The position numbers were made by a program, and so were the translations under genes. Shown here piece after piece: positions 37,715 through 49,900 of a stretch of 64,000 bases of DNA. How positions within the stretch are numbered: position 1 is the stretch's first letter; every line of letters starts with the position of its first letter. Location of the stretch: contig AP026157.1 of the NCBI GenBank assembly GCA_030295235.1, positions 62,001-126,000 of the forward strand, read 5' to 3'. The notes beneath the pieces were generated by a model that had not been told where the DNA came from, made no database searches, and saw only the letters and a program-made list of their open reading frames with translations. Origin of the DNA: Fistulifera solaris (Eukaryota).

Positions 37715-39258
37715 TTACGCTCGTCGGGGACGCTTCGGAACCTGATATGCAGTCGATAAAGCCTCCTCACATTCATCCAACGGAACAGCCTGGATAAGGT
37801 CTAGCAATGCATCGGTATTATCGGATAGCAATAGAGCCGAGCGTTTCAAGCTAAATCGACATTTTTGCAACAAAGCGGTTGCTACGAGCGGGGCGCGTTC
37901 GGACGGCGGCTCAACCACTAGAGCCTTCGAGCCGCAATAGAAACGGTTCAGAGAGTAGATTGCAGGGATGCCATACCTGTCCCCGTGAATACGTTCGTCC
38001 TTGTCCATTACCGTGATGCTTCGGTTGTGCGAAATCAGGTTTCGAATATACGAAAAGTCGCGACCGAACGCGTCATAGGAACCGTTGATTTTCAGCGTAC
38101 GAAGTGCAGAGTGATCTTTCAACCCATCAAGCAGAGTCTCCAAGTGCGCGTCCCATTCCAGATCACCGCGCTTTGCGGTCAAATCAAGAACTTCCAGGTT
38201 ACGATTGGCAAAAACGGTGCGGATCAGTTCTTGTACTATGCTTTCTGGTATCTTCATGACTTCTGGCTTGAAATCAAATCTGAATTTAATTTTCTTGAAA
38301 TGCCCCAGCTTACCAAGATGACGAAAGAAAGCAAGCAGAGTCTTTGTAGGAAAACCTCCTTGGTATTCATTTTCGAAAGAAAGCGCCAGATTTTCGGCCA
38401 CGATGTCGAATCCTTCCAAACCATTGACCAGTAAGTTAGGGTCCAGATAAGTTATGAAAATACCACATTCGACAGATTTCACTTTCGCACAAAGGGCATC
38501 CAGAGCGAGTTCAGCCTCGTGAATCATAGGAGAACCAAAATGTTCTAGCACTTTGACCTGCAGAAGACGCTCCAAGTTGTCACGACTCAACCCAAACTGA
38601 TCCTCATCGTCGTCGCCTTGCCCGTTAAACGTCAACGAGCCGAACGACGATGTTCGCTTCGTAAGCGCATTCACGAAGGCAGTGCCTTCGTCTTCGAATA
38701 CGCAGTCGTCTAGAGTCAGAGAAATCCTATAGGGTTTTGTCGCAGAACAGTCGACTGCGCTGCAGTCAATGACAAATCGGTCAAACGAATCTCGCTCGCG
38801 CTAATTCGTTCAAATAATTGAGCGGAACTCGAAGATCGATCGCCACTAAAGTAAAAGCGATCCTCGATTGTTGAGACGTGGAATATGGAGTCCTTCCAGT
38901 TGTGAAAGCTCATGAAAAATGCTGCAGTGTCGACAATTGCATCTTCTGTTTCTCCGACGATGTACAACGTAGGACTTGCTTTCCCGAGTTCTATAGTCAA
39001 TGATTTTCGATCTTCGCAAGACAAATGCGGAGAATTACCACCAAAAGGCACAACATACGTAAGAGTTTCGTTTTCCCGCCAAACAGCCAACTGCTTGTAC
39101 GGGTTGAATTCCTGCAAGCTCGTCGGTTTTCGCAGGAGCGTGTACGTAGACGATTCTTCTCCTTCGTCGTCCTCCCATTGAGCTTTTTGCTCGGGCTTGC
39201 AAAGAGAAGGTGGAATAAGTCTTAAAAGTAGACCGTGGACTTCAAATTCGTTCGACAT
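37715..39258 (-). CDS. Array family copy 21 (single indel at ~38742)
   Basis: ORFs 38716-39258 and 37715-38674. One added G in CTG(G)CGACA gives VLATKPY..CVFEDEGTAFV. Tail PKRPRRA. Confidence 0.85.
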
Positions 39259-39930
39259 GTTATTCGCGGGGGAAAGGGAAACGAAAGAAGGAAAATGAAA
39301 GTGTTGTCAAAGAAATGCGGCGGGTGTTCGCGAGGAGTCGTCGCGAGAATACCTGGTAGGTCTTTGCGAAGACGCGAAAACGCGAGAGAGACGAGGCGCG
39401 CAAAAGGCGCGCCAAGATTTTTCACGTAGCACCAGTACCAAAACCTTCGTCCGTAGAGCATCAGTAGCCTTCTCGTACTAAGAATTGAATTTTTGCTCCT
39501 AGCTAAATATCCACCATAAACGAACCCTTTCATGCAGTCGCTTCATGCAGCTTGAACAATTCTAAGCTCAATCTACATCATCTCGTAGAAAAGGACTTTT
39601 CCCGGGACTGTATTCTGATCAAAATTAAGTCTCGTTTCGTTTTCAAATTGCACCTCTTGCATCAGCTGTGATAAGGAACTACGGTAGTTTTTATGAGCCT
39701 TCTATTCGAGACGCGAACGACAGGTGGCGAGGAATGTTGCCTCCATAAGAAGGATTTATCGACAAGTTGAAAAACGTTGGCAATCCCGGCCATGAGCCAT
39801 GTATATTTCTAGTCATGTTTTTTCTCGCATTAGCGACGAGTGTCTTGAGTCGTAATCGTCATAAGTGTGCCTGCTAACAGCGGAAGACCATGTTCAAGAA
39901 AAGGGAAAGCGTTGTCAGTTTTTAATATAA

Positions 39931-41404
39931 CTAGGATTCGCCAATTTCATCTAACCGAGCTGTCTTGATGAGTTCCAACAGTACATCAGTATGATCGGCC
40001 AACAAAAGAGCAGAGCGCTGCAGGCTTAAGTGGCCGCTTTCCACCAAGGCTGTCGTTACGAGAGAAATTCGCTCGTTCGGTGACTCGAGAACGAGAGCCT
40101 TCGAACCACGATAGCAGCGATTCAACGCGTAGATCTCATTGATCACTCCCTTATCCGTGTGAACGCGTCCGTCGCCGTCCATCACCGCGATGAACCGATT
40201 GTGCGAAAGTAGCTTTCGAAGATAAAGGTAAAAGGGACCTACAGAGTCCTTGGACACACTTACTTTGAACGTACGAAGCGAGGCGTGATCTTTCAAACCT
40301 TTCAGAAGCGTCTCCAAGTGCGGGTCCCAGTTGGCAAAGCCACCGCTCAAATCAAGTACTTCCAAATCACGATTGGCGAGAGCCATACGGATCAGTTGCT
40401 GCACAACTCCTTCGGGATAGCCTCCCGAATTGAAACTGAATCCTAGCTCCTTGAAATGCCCCAACGTTTCGAGGTGACGGAAGAAAACAAGTAGGATATC
40501 CGTCGGAAACGACGTCATCCAATCATGCTCAAAGTATAGCGCGAGATTCTCAGCCACAATGTTACAAGACTGCAAATCACACGTCAATGAAGTAGCGTCC
40601 AAGTCAGGTACGTAGAAACTGCAGGCAAGCGACTTCATTTTTGCGGAAAATACAGTAAGATCGAGTTTAGCATCATCCAAGATAGGTAAGCCCAAATGAT
40701 CTAGCGCTTCGACTTGCAAAAGACGTTCGAAATTGACATGGCTGATCGGGACATTGTTTTCAATCGTCAAGGAGCCGAACGACGACTTTCGCTTCTCGAG
40801 CGCATCCACAAAAGCAGTACCGTCATCTCCGAAGAAACAGTGGGTGACAGTCAAGTCGATCGGGTAGGGTTTTGATGCGAGAATAGTCGACTGCTCTGCC
40901 CTCAAACTCAAATCCTTTAAACTAACACGGCTAGCGTGGGCGAGCTCAAACAGCTGGTTAGAAATCGAGGAGGGAGCGCAGCTAAAGCTGAAATATTCGT
41001 CGAACGTAGATAGTTGAAAAAATGAGTTCTTCTCCGCCGGGTCATGAACGCTCATAAAAAAAGACAGCAGTCTCTACAATCGCATCTTCTGTTTTTCCAA
41101 TAATATGCAAGGAGGGGTTGTTGTCACCGAATTCAATAATCAATCCGTCCGTATCGTCTATTGGGTCTGGAACAAATGTATCACCCGCAGGCACAACATA
41201 TGTCAGAGTTCCATTTTCCCGCCAGATGACCAATCTCCCGTACGGATTGAATTCCTGTAGATTGACAGGTCTTCGCAGAAGCTTGTAGTGGGCAGGCGAT
41301 TTGTCTCCGGTTCCTACAAACCAGAACGGCGATTGCTCGGGCTTGCGGAGAGAAGGCAAAATGAGACCTAATAATAAGCTGGGGTCTTCGAATTCGTTTG
41401 ACAT
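39931..41404 (-). CDS. Array family copy 22 (single indel in a 7-nt homopolymer at ~41060)
   Basis: ORFs 41042-41404 and 39931-41055 join as ETAVFF|MSVHDP if one T is removed from the T7 run. Confidence 0.85.
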
Positions 41405-42079
41405 GTTGTGAACAAAGAGATGCGAAGGTCAATCGCAGACATAATGAAGAAAAGCTTTGAACGCTCTCTCGGTTTTATTTCTCTTTCAGCGCAACAAAAT
41501 AGCAACAAAACGGACCCGGTTTATAGATCATTGACATTGATACGTCACGCTGTCACGCTCCTCGACCGGTACCCAAAATCAGTATTTAAGTATGTCTTCA
41601 TTCCGTTGAATCGACGATACGGTACTTGAAATGCATATTGCAAAAGAAGACCGTGACCTTGGTGACATGCACAGCTCAGAAAGTGTGAGCTAAGGTGATC
41701 TGCATAAAACAGGAATTGCTATTGTATCACGTCAGTCAACTATAGTGGTCTCTAAGTTAGTTTCTCAAGAAGTAAGACATCTTGCTACACTGCTCTTTGG
41801 TGTTTCTGACCTTGATTTAAATGGAACAAAGGAAAGGCGTTCCATTTAGTTCCTCGAGCGGTACATTTCTGTCCCTAGCAAATTAGTTAAAAACAGACGT
41901 TATCTTGTTGTAGCTTCTCGTAATTCTCGTCGTCAGCAACTAGTCCAAAAGAAAAAAGGAACATGAATAATGTTAAACTACAACAGCGAAAGAATAACAG
42001 CTAAATCTTATCTCTTTGGCTTTACTGCGTTACATATTGCAACAAAGGCAACAAATCTGTTTCTCAATGAGACAGTTGC

Positions 42080-43640
42080 TTACATTGTTCTTTGTCGTTT
42101 CGAATCATTGGTCGATCCCAACAAAGAAGTGTTGTCATGCGTCTCGTCCTCAAGATGCGTAGATACGAACTCGTGCAGTATATCATCATGGTTCGATAAC
42201 AGAAGCGCACAACGTACGAAATTTCTCGAAACATTTTCCACCAAAGTGGCTGCTACAAGCAATGATCGGCCGGGCGATGGCTTTGCCACGAGTCCCGTCG
42301 AGCCTGCATAAAAGCGGTTGACGGAATAGAGATCGTCGACCAGACTCCCGTCTGAGTAGATTTGACCGTCGTATCGCATGACAGCGACGTTTCTTTTCTG
42401 AGAAAGAAACTTTCGAAGATGCACGAAGTCGGGCCCAAAATTATGAGAGTCGACAGTTAACTTCAACGTTGAAAGCGCCTTATGATCTTTCAAACCGCTG
42501 AAAAGTGTTTCCACATGCGAGTCCCATCGTAAGTCACCGTAAAAGCTACTACTCAAATCCAGGACATTCAAGCAACGATTTGCAAACGCAGCGAGGATCA
42601 ATTCTTCCACAATCATCTTTGGAATCGCCCCAGAGCGGCCTCTGAAATTGAATCTGACTTTCAGCTCAACAAAATGACCCAACGCAGCTAGGCGGCGGAG
42701 CAACGCAACTACAAAATCGGTTGGAAAGCCGCCAATTTCATCGTGGGTCAAAGTGAGGGAAAATTTAGTGGCCACAATATTCAGTGACGACTCCACGAAA
42801 TTCGGGACTAACAAGGGCACAAAAAGACAGCAGTCGAGAGAACTCACTTCCGAAGAAAGAGCAAGAGTATCCAGATCATCATCTACCAAGTCCGGTAATC
42901 CCAAATGATCTAGCTTGTCGCTTCGTAGCAGGCGCTTTAGGCTGTCGTCATTGAACCCTGTACTCTTCTCAAAGTCTTCGTCATCGAAGTTGTCTTCCTT
43001 GAATTCCACAAACGACAATGAGCCGAACGAGGATTGTCGGTTCTCAAGCGCGTTGACGAACGCAGCGCCTTCGTCTTCAAAAGCACAGTCCAAAAGTGTT
43101 AACACAACGGGATGAGGTTGCGTTGCCAGAGTAATCGACTGTGCTACACCCAATCGCAAGTCCTTCAAACAGACTTGCTTTGAAGGGGTCACCTGAAAAA
43201 TGCGTTCGAAAAATCGCGGATGAGCGAACAAAAATCGATTGATCCAACCCGTGTACCAATCCTAATTAGAGAGCTATCTTCTTTCGATTCTTCAATATCC
43301 ATGAAAAACTCCGCGGTGTCTACAATTGCTCACCGGCAATGTAAAACGAAAGACCGTTGTGACTGAATTCCAAGGACAGAATTCTTGAGTATAGCGTAGA
43401 ACGGCGATCAATATCTGGACGGTCGGTATTTCCAGGTGGTGAAACATAAGTAAGAGTGCCGTTATCCCGCAAAATAACCATGTGACCATATTTGTTGAAC
43501 TCATCCAAATTGACAGGTTTTCGAAGGAGCTTGTAGGTAAGAGACTGCTCGTCTTCCCAGTAAGGCAATTGTTCGCGTCTGAGAAGGCAAGACGGAATGA
43601 GTCCTAACAACAAACTAGAGTCCTCGAATTCGTCTGACAT
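42080..43640 (-). CDS. Array family copy 23 (indels near 43230-43330)
   Basis: ORF 43320-43832 (MSDEFEDSSLLLG at 43640) and ORF 42080-43231 (tail DSKRQRTM). Confidence 0.8.
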
Positions 43641-44087
43641 GTTGATGAAGAAAAGTTGGAAAGCAAAGAATGAAAGATGTCGACGTCCTTCCTCAAAAAT
43701 AGTAGACGCGAAAATCGTCTTGTCCTCCGGTACCGCAAAGTCGCGCGTAGAACCGTTGTAGCTGTTCGATACATGGGGAAGGGAAATCGTCCATTCTCTC
43801 ACTCGCTGCCTACTTGCTTTCTTAGAAAGCAAATAAACATGTGTATCAACTTAGACAATAATTTGAATGGACCTCCTCAAAGTTGTAACCGACAAAGAAT
43901 GATCGCAAAATAAAAGAGAGGCGCGATCATTCTTTACTGTTTTCGTCTCTCTTTAATGCCTAACACGAAGAAGAATGACAGGCGGGCGTTGCTGGTTTTC
44001 GAATGAACACTTGAAAACAATCATACGCGATGGCAAAAACTCGATGACGAACAGTATTGGTGTGTGAAAGGCCATCAAGGACTTCGT

Positions 44088-45699
44088 TCAATCCGAATCC
44101 CACAAATACTCCTTGATCTCGTTCATCAATTGCACCGACGCCACCGAATCGGACGAAAATTTCCGTGCAAACAGATACCCTCGTTGTCGTGCCAACACCA
44201 GTTCATCCCACAATTCATCCCCCCTGAATGTAATGCGGTTGCTGTGACGTCGTTTGAAAATACGGATCTTCCATTCGATAACAAATACTCTCGTTGCGTT
44301 CCAGGACGGCATTCTTCATGGAACCTTGACACGTCGTTTCACCACCCCACAATTGAAACATATTTCCCGGCACTTGCAAGGCTTGTTCTTGATACCCAAT
44401 CAACGTCAAGGCCGCAATCCAATTCCGTTCTTCCACACAACAACAACACGAGTACTTCGAATACGCCAACAATTCCCTGACTTTCGCGGAATGCAATAAT
44501 TTGTGTATAACATGATGACTGTAGATACCCACATTCCCCGAATGCGTCTTGTGTTGCATGGCTTCTTCAATGAACTCGGGAATTTCCACGTGCGCCGCCC
44601 ACGCCCGCGGCAATCGCACGTGATACGGTGGACTGTTGGACGTCAACAAGACCCGACGTCGTTTCAAAAATCCCGTTTGATCACTTTGCACGGTCTTTCC
44701 TCGATGCGTCATGGCGCCCAACCACACTTGTTGATACGGACTGACGTGTTCGGTGGTAGCCGAAGAAGCATCTTGCGTTGCGGGCCGTTCTAACAAACGC
44801 TCCAACAATTCCGTCGCACTCACGAGTGGCATCGCGGCACCATCCAAGAGTACGACAAAATCGTACGGCAACTCCCATTCGATGGTCATCCATCTTAATA
44901 TCTGTAAATTGATGCGTGTGACGGTATCCGTCTGATACAAGATGGTCCCAAATTGCAAGACGTGCACGTAGGGTGCGTAGGTTTCGGCCAGTTGTTGGAC
45001 TTGTTGTTGAAATTCGGCACTCACATGTCGATCGAGATGAATGATGCAGTAGACGTGTTCGGGTAAATAGAGGGCATCGATTAACTCGGTCAATTGTTGA
45101 ATATCTTGATAAGCCACAATGACGACGGCCAATTGTCCCCGCACTTTTGGTCGTGTCGTCGGTGCCGTTCGTTCGTATTGCATGTTGTAATCACACCACT
45201 TTTGATCCATGGCGTACATTTCCAGTATTTGCCCGACCAACTCTTCTTTTGCCGCTGCCGTAGTCACATTCAAAGAGGACCAACTGTCGAACAGAGGCAC
45301 AAAATAGGCATCTTGAAAATGCGACAATTGAAAGGAAGTAAAATCACAATGCTTCAATTCAATGATATCGCCGGGCCACGGATATGTCGCAGGATTCGTG
45401 CTATTTTCTAAAAATTGCAGTAGTGGATGCACGCTGATTGTTGCTTGAGGAGTTGTCATTGTCGGCAAAATAATAGTCAAGGGACTACTCGATTGCTTGA
45501 ATTGATAACGGACATAAAATAATAAAGGAATGACGGACGATACACTCAGCATTTGCAGCATCAGCCATAGATTGCGTCGTGGCGAAACGATTGTGCGTTC
45601 TTTCGGTTTCAGGGTCGTCGAATAATCAGACGCGTTATCGTAGTGATTTCGCAACGAACGTCGACCTCGCAATCGTTGCGACGACGACGGTTCGTTCAT
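44088..45699 (-). CDS. Core-2/I-branching (GT14)-like glycosyltransferase, type II membrane protein
   Basis: N-terminal TM segment; AVVIVAYQD, YCIIHLD, FVVLLDG and CVEE motifs. The C-terminal YLFARKF lies in the adjacent frame (44088-44312) after a C6/G6 homopolymer at ~44220. Confidence 0.75.
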
Positions 45700-46245
45700 A
45701 TTCTTTCTTTCGTTCGTCGACCTTCTTTCTCTCTATCTTTTTAAGAATGCGTGAAGGGAAAGAGAGTGATACAAGCGGAAGTGAAATAGAATGAGAAGAG
45801 CGATAGCGACTCGCTGTTTTTGACGACCATCATCCTCATGGTCGTCGCTCGCGTCGTGCTTTTTGGGTTCACAATGCTCGTACTGTGTGTTCAAGAGTAG
45901 GCGTGTCCATGCCGTCCATGATGATGGACCTAGGGATCATATAATCAACCTAGTAGAAAGTCATTGAGTATCGACGACTGACACAAAAACAACCATTTCA
46001 TGCTTTTCTTGACGCAACAATCGTTAAAAATCCTCCCAATTACTTCAAGCTTGGCATGAAAGTCAACCATTTTCGAGAAGGAATACGGTAAAATGCACTC
46101 ACGACTAAATCCAGTCGGGGTTAAATTCCGCTTACACCGCAGAGTCTGTTTGTAACCCGGAGCTAATAATTGATCGCGACGACAAACATGCGTTGCAAAA
46201 ATAAAACAAAAAGCAGTGCCGTTTGCTATCATCCATCGTGTCCAA

Positions 46246-47283
46246 ATGAAGCGCGTTTTATCAATTCAATCACACGTCGTGTCGGGATGTAAGTGCGTGG
46301 ATGGCGGCGGCAACTCTTTGCAAAAGCGAAAGAGCCGAAGTTGAATTATTCGTTCGATTGTGATGTTTATGCTTTTGATGTGTGCTCTCATATGCATTCG
46401 AATTGCTGTCAAAAACATCTCACCTTCTCTCTGCAAATAAATAGACGTCGGCAACAAAGCGGCCGTCTTTCCAATGCAATTGCACGGATGGGATGTCGAT
46501 GTTTTGAATTCAGTACAATTCAGTAATCATACCGGATATGCTTCCTTTCAAGGAGAACGATTGTCGGGGTCGCTGCTGTTGCAGTTATTAAAGGGATTGC
46601 AAGACAATGATTTGTTGTCTGCCGACTACTTATTGACGGGCTATGTGGGATCGGAAACGTTTTTATCGTCCATTCTACAAGTGTGGCAACAATTGCTTAT
46701 TCAGAAGCCGCACGCGAAGTATGTCTGCGATCCCGTCTTGGGAGATCAAGGACGATTCTACGTTCCCGAGTCTTTAGTACAAGTGTACAGAGAACAAGTG
46801 ATACCGCAAGCGACCATTGTGACACCAAATGCGTTTGAATTGGAACAATTGACGGGCTGTGAACCGATTTCGACGTTGGAAATGGCGCAACGACAGTGTC
46901 ACGTCTTGCACGATATGGGACCTTCGATCGTCTTTTTGACGAGTTTCCAACCGCTGGGCCAAGATGTCATGATGATCTTGGCGTCGCAGCGCACTGAATC
47001 AAGGACACAATGCTGGAAATTGGAATGCCCCGTCTTGCCGGGTTCGTTTACCGGAACGGGGGATTTGTGTGCGGCATTGATTTTGGTCCATTCCGCGAAT
47101 CATCCGAACGATCTAGCGACCGTCTTGGAAAAAGTCGTCAATACCGTGTATGCCGTGTTGGAAACGACGTTGGAGTATGCCGACAAGGACGACTCGACCG
47201 TGAAAGCGAGAGAATTGCGGTTGATTCAAAGTAAAGATGTCATGGAACATCCTCCAAAGCGATTTCGGGCCGTGCTATTGTGA
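46246..47283 (+). CDS. pdxK: Pyridoxal kinase (2 exons; intron 46289-46444)
   Basis: Exon 1 MKRVLSIQSHVVSG, intron GTAAGT...ATAG, exon 2 YVGNKAAVFPMQL; SVQFSNHTGY, LLTGY, CDPVLGD, TPNAFE and FTGTGD motifs. Confidence 0.95.
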
Positions 47284-48794
47284 GAAGCGATCGCTAGAGA
47301 AGAAAAGAGAGCGATGGAACGAATAGCAGGTACTCATGCAAACGCAATCTGCACTGGACTTGTCGGAGCGACATGGAGCAAGGAGGAAGACTTGCTAGTC
47401 TAACCTTAGCAACATCTCGCAAAAAGCCAAAGGACCAGCATGAACCGTGAATCACTAAACAATGTCCGTCATGTCATAGAGCAGCTATAGGTTTCGTGTC
47501 GCGTGGCGACGCAAAGACAAGATCCATAGTCGGTGAGTGAGTCGAAAGGATTTATTGCTCACCTTTGAAAGAGATATTTGGAAAAGAGGCATAAAGAAGC
47601 CGAACTAATGTCGGTTCTGGACTTTACTCCGTTTGTTGGTTTCATTAAAGTTTTATTGTTGTACTTCAAAAACAAAGGGTAGAATAGCTTCGCCGCCAAA
47701 GCCCATAGCCACGGATGGGCCGTTATTAAGTGCCCTTAACTTCACAGTTCAATGAGGCTACTGATCAAAAACACAGGCGATCAAAGGTAAGCGGGCGGCC
47801 ATTATCCGGCGTTCGGAATCCTTTCGCTACGGGCTTTTTAGAATTCTTTTTCTTAGGCCGATTTGGTTCCCGAATGACGATTGGTACCTGAATTCGTCGT
47901 CGAGCGTTGTCCTAGTTACATATATACCCAGCGATGCCGTTTTCTTGCCGTTTCTATGCTATTTCCGTACTTTTGATTTTTGATGGCCTTTTGTCTTTTC
48001 CCATCTTGCTAACTTCTCCGTCGTCTTGGTTGGAGCTGTGCCAATAGATCTGAACGATGTTGATTTGTTTCACTGGGAGTTGGACCAATCAAAGGCATAA
48101 AAACGCTTTGGGGAATCGACCAGACTTTTTACCAGTCAGCAGTACTTACGAGTGCCATGACGTGTAATATGGCTTTAACGCATCCTAGCGGATTGAAATA
48201 GCGTTAAGTCCATGAGGTACACATCACTTTGATAGAAACCATTCTAGCTTTCCCTGACAGTAACATACTACGTATAACATACAAAAAGCAGACAGCAAAC
48301 AGCAAGCACGCGCAAAGCTACTACGTAAATGAGCGATGTCCGCGATGGATCGGAATTTCTATTGTTTTTTAGGTATCAGATTACAAAGCAAGAGCGCAAG
48401 GAATATGTTTCTCGTATAGACCATCTGTAAAAAGTGTAACATGGTTGCACTTCAAAACGCTAGTTCCAGCAAGCGTTATGAATGTGTGACTCCCGGCGTC
48501 TTGTTTTATCTACTCTTTTGCACAGTAAATAATATCATCGAAGCCTTTGGGAGCGTTTGATAGGAGCCTCTCTTCGTCAGTGCGGAAGAATTGGTAGAAC
48601 AACGCCGATGCCTCCCTCAGATTTATGGTGCACCAGGCACACCGTTTGCACGGGACGTGTGACCCACAAAAAGTGCGTAATTCGGAAAGGAAGAGGAAAA
48701 GAAAGGATACGCCAATTGTTCGCCCTTGCGCTCACAATACCAGTCACCATCCAATTTTGTGGATTCGATCCGATCCATTCATAGCTAAACAACC

Positions 48795-49283
48795 ATGAAC
48801 GTGAGCCCCAATTCAAATGACCCGCTCGCCCCGTGTCTGCGAGTCGCTCCCTTGACGCCCGGCAAAAAGCGACGAGAGTCGCTGACCATCTCGATTCAGC
48901 CAGAACTTGAGGATGAGCCAGAAGATGCACCGGTAAGGATACGCCACATCCTCCGCAAGTCTCACTCGTACGATGGCGCTCCCCAAATACCGTCGCGAAA
49001 CGGCAGTTCTTCACCACAGCGACCCAACACCAACCGCATAAACTCGCTTTGTAGCATGACCGAGTCGCGATGGTCGGATTCCTACCACGTCGTGATGGAT
49101 GAAAGTCCACAACGAAAGTTTACGGTGCTGTCACGTGAAAGCAGCACGCCGGTGACTCCCGGAACCTTCCGAAGATCGTTTACGAAACCGATCCGCCGCC
49201 CGTCCTCGTTGTTACCTGAAGTTGTGCATGTTCCGATGTTGATAAGTGATGAAGATGACTTGTCGGATATTGAACAGCCTTGA
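48795..49283 (+). CDS. Hypothetical Ser/Pro/Arg-rich disordered protein
   Basis: 162-aa ATG-initiated ORF with SRW and KPIRRPS motifs of a kind often seen in short diatom low-complexity proteins; no domain recognised. Confidence 0.5.
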   Translation: MNVSPNSNDPLAPCLRVAPLTPGKKRRESLTISIQPELEDEPEDAPVRIRHILRKSHSYDGAPQIPSRNGSSSPQRPNTNRINSLCSMTESRWSDSYHVVMDESPQRKFTVLSRESSTPVTPGTFRRSFTKPIRRPSSLLPEVVHVPMLISDEDDLSDIEQP

Positions 49284-49900
49284 TATACGCCATATCAAGA
49301 CCTAGGTGAACGCTTTGTAAATTAACCATATTGTAGCCGATATAATGCACATGATCGATGAGTACTCTAGATATTTTAACAGTTCCAGTCTCGATGCAAG
49401 CCGAGGCATCTAGTGTTACCACTGCTACGCAGCTTCTTCTAGAAACTGTATTGCAGGAGTTGAATGAACGAAATACAAGTGATTTTGTGAGATTGACAGC
49501 TTCGAGAGATGATGAGTTCAGACTTTTACTAAATGCGGAGAAACCTAGACCCCTAGATCGATGCCCTCCCATCTCCCATCACGCGAAACATCAACGTTCC
49601 TCCTCAACGACGACTTTGCGTCGTAGCGTTACCCAAGGACTTAGATTTCGGCCCGAAAATTCGGAGTCGTTCCCTACTTCAGATATAATACTAAACGACG
49701 GAGTATAACCTAACGTGTAGTATCCTTTTGCACACTTCACCACAAAGTTTCCAGTCACTCATCTTTTCGAATTTTTCGAAAAAAACATTCGTCGCTGTTT
49801 GTCGTCTCGTCTCATTCGTACATGGTAAACTTCCTTGAGCGGGTTCGCATCCTCTCCTCTGACTTGATTATTATCAAATAAAATACTCAGCCTCAACAGA

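Noticed and set aside
900..43640. Array genes as canonical NLRs or transposases
   Set aside because: No Walker A/NACHT/NB-ARC, TIR, DDE, RT or Rep/helicase motifs are visible in the intact copies.
47290..48780. Long ORF-free interval as an RNA gene locus
   Set aside because: No tRNA, rRNA or snRNA signature recognised; likely a regulatory intergenic region.
49358..49708. 116-aa ORF
   Set aside because: No recognisable motif or clear splice link to the upstream ORF.
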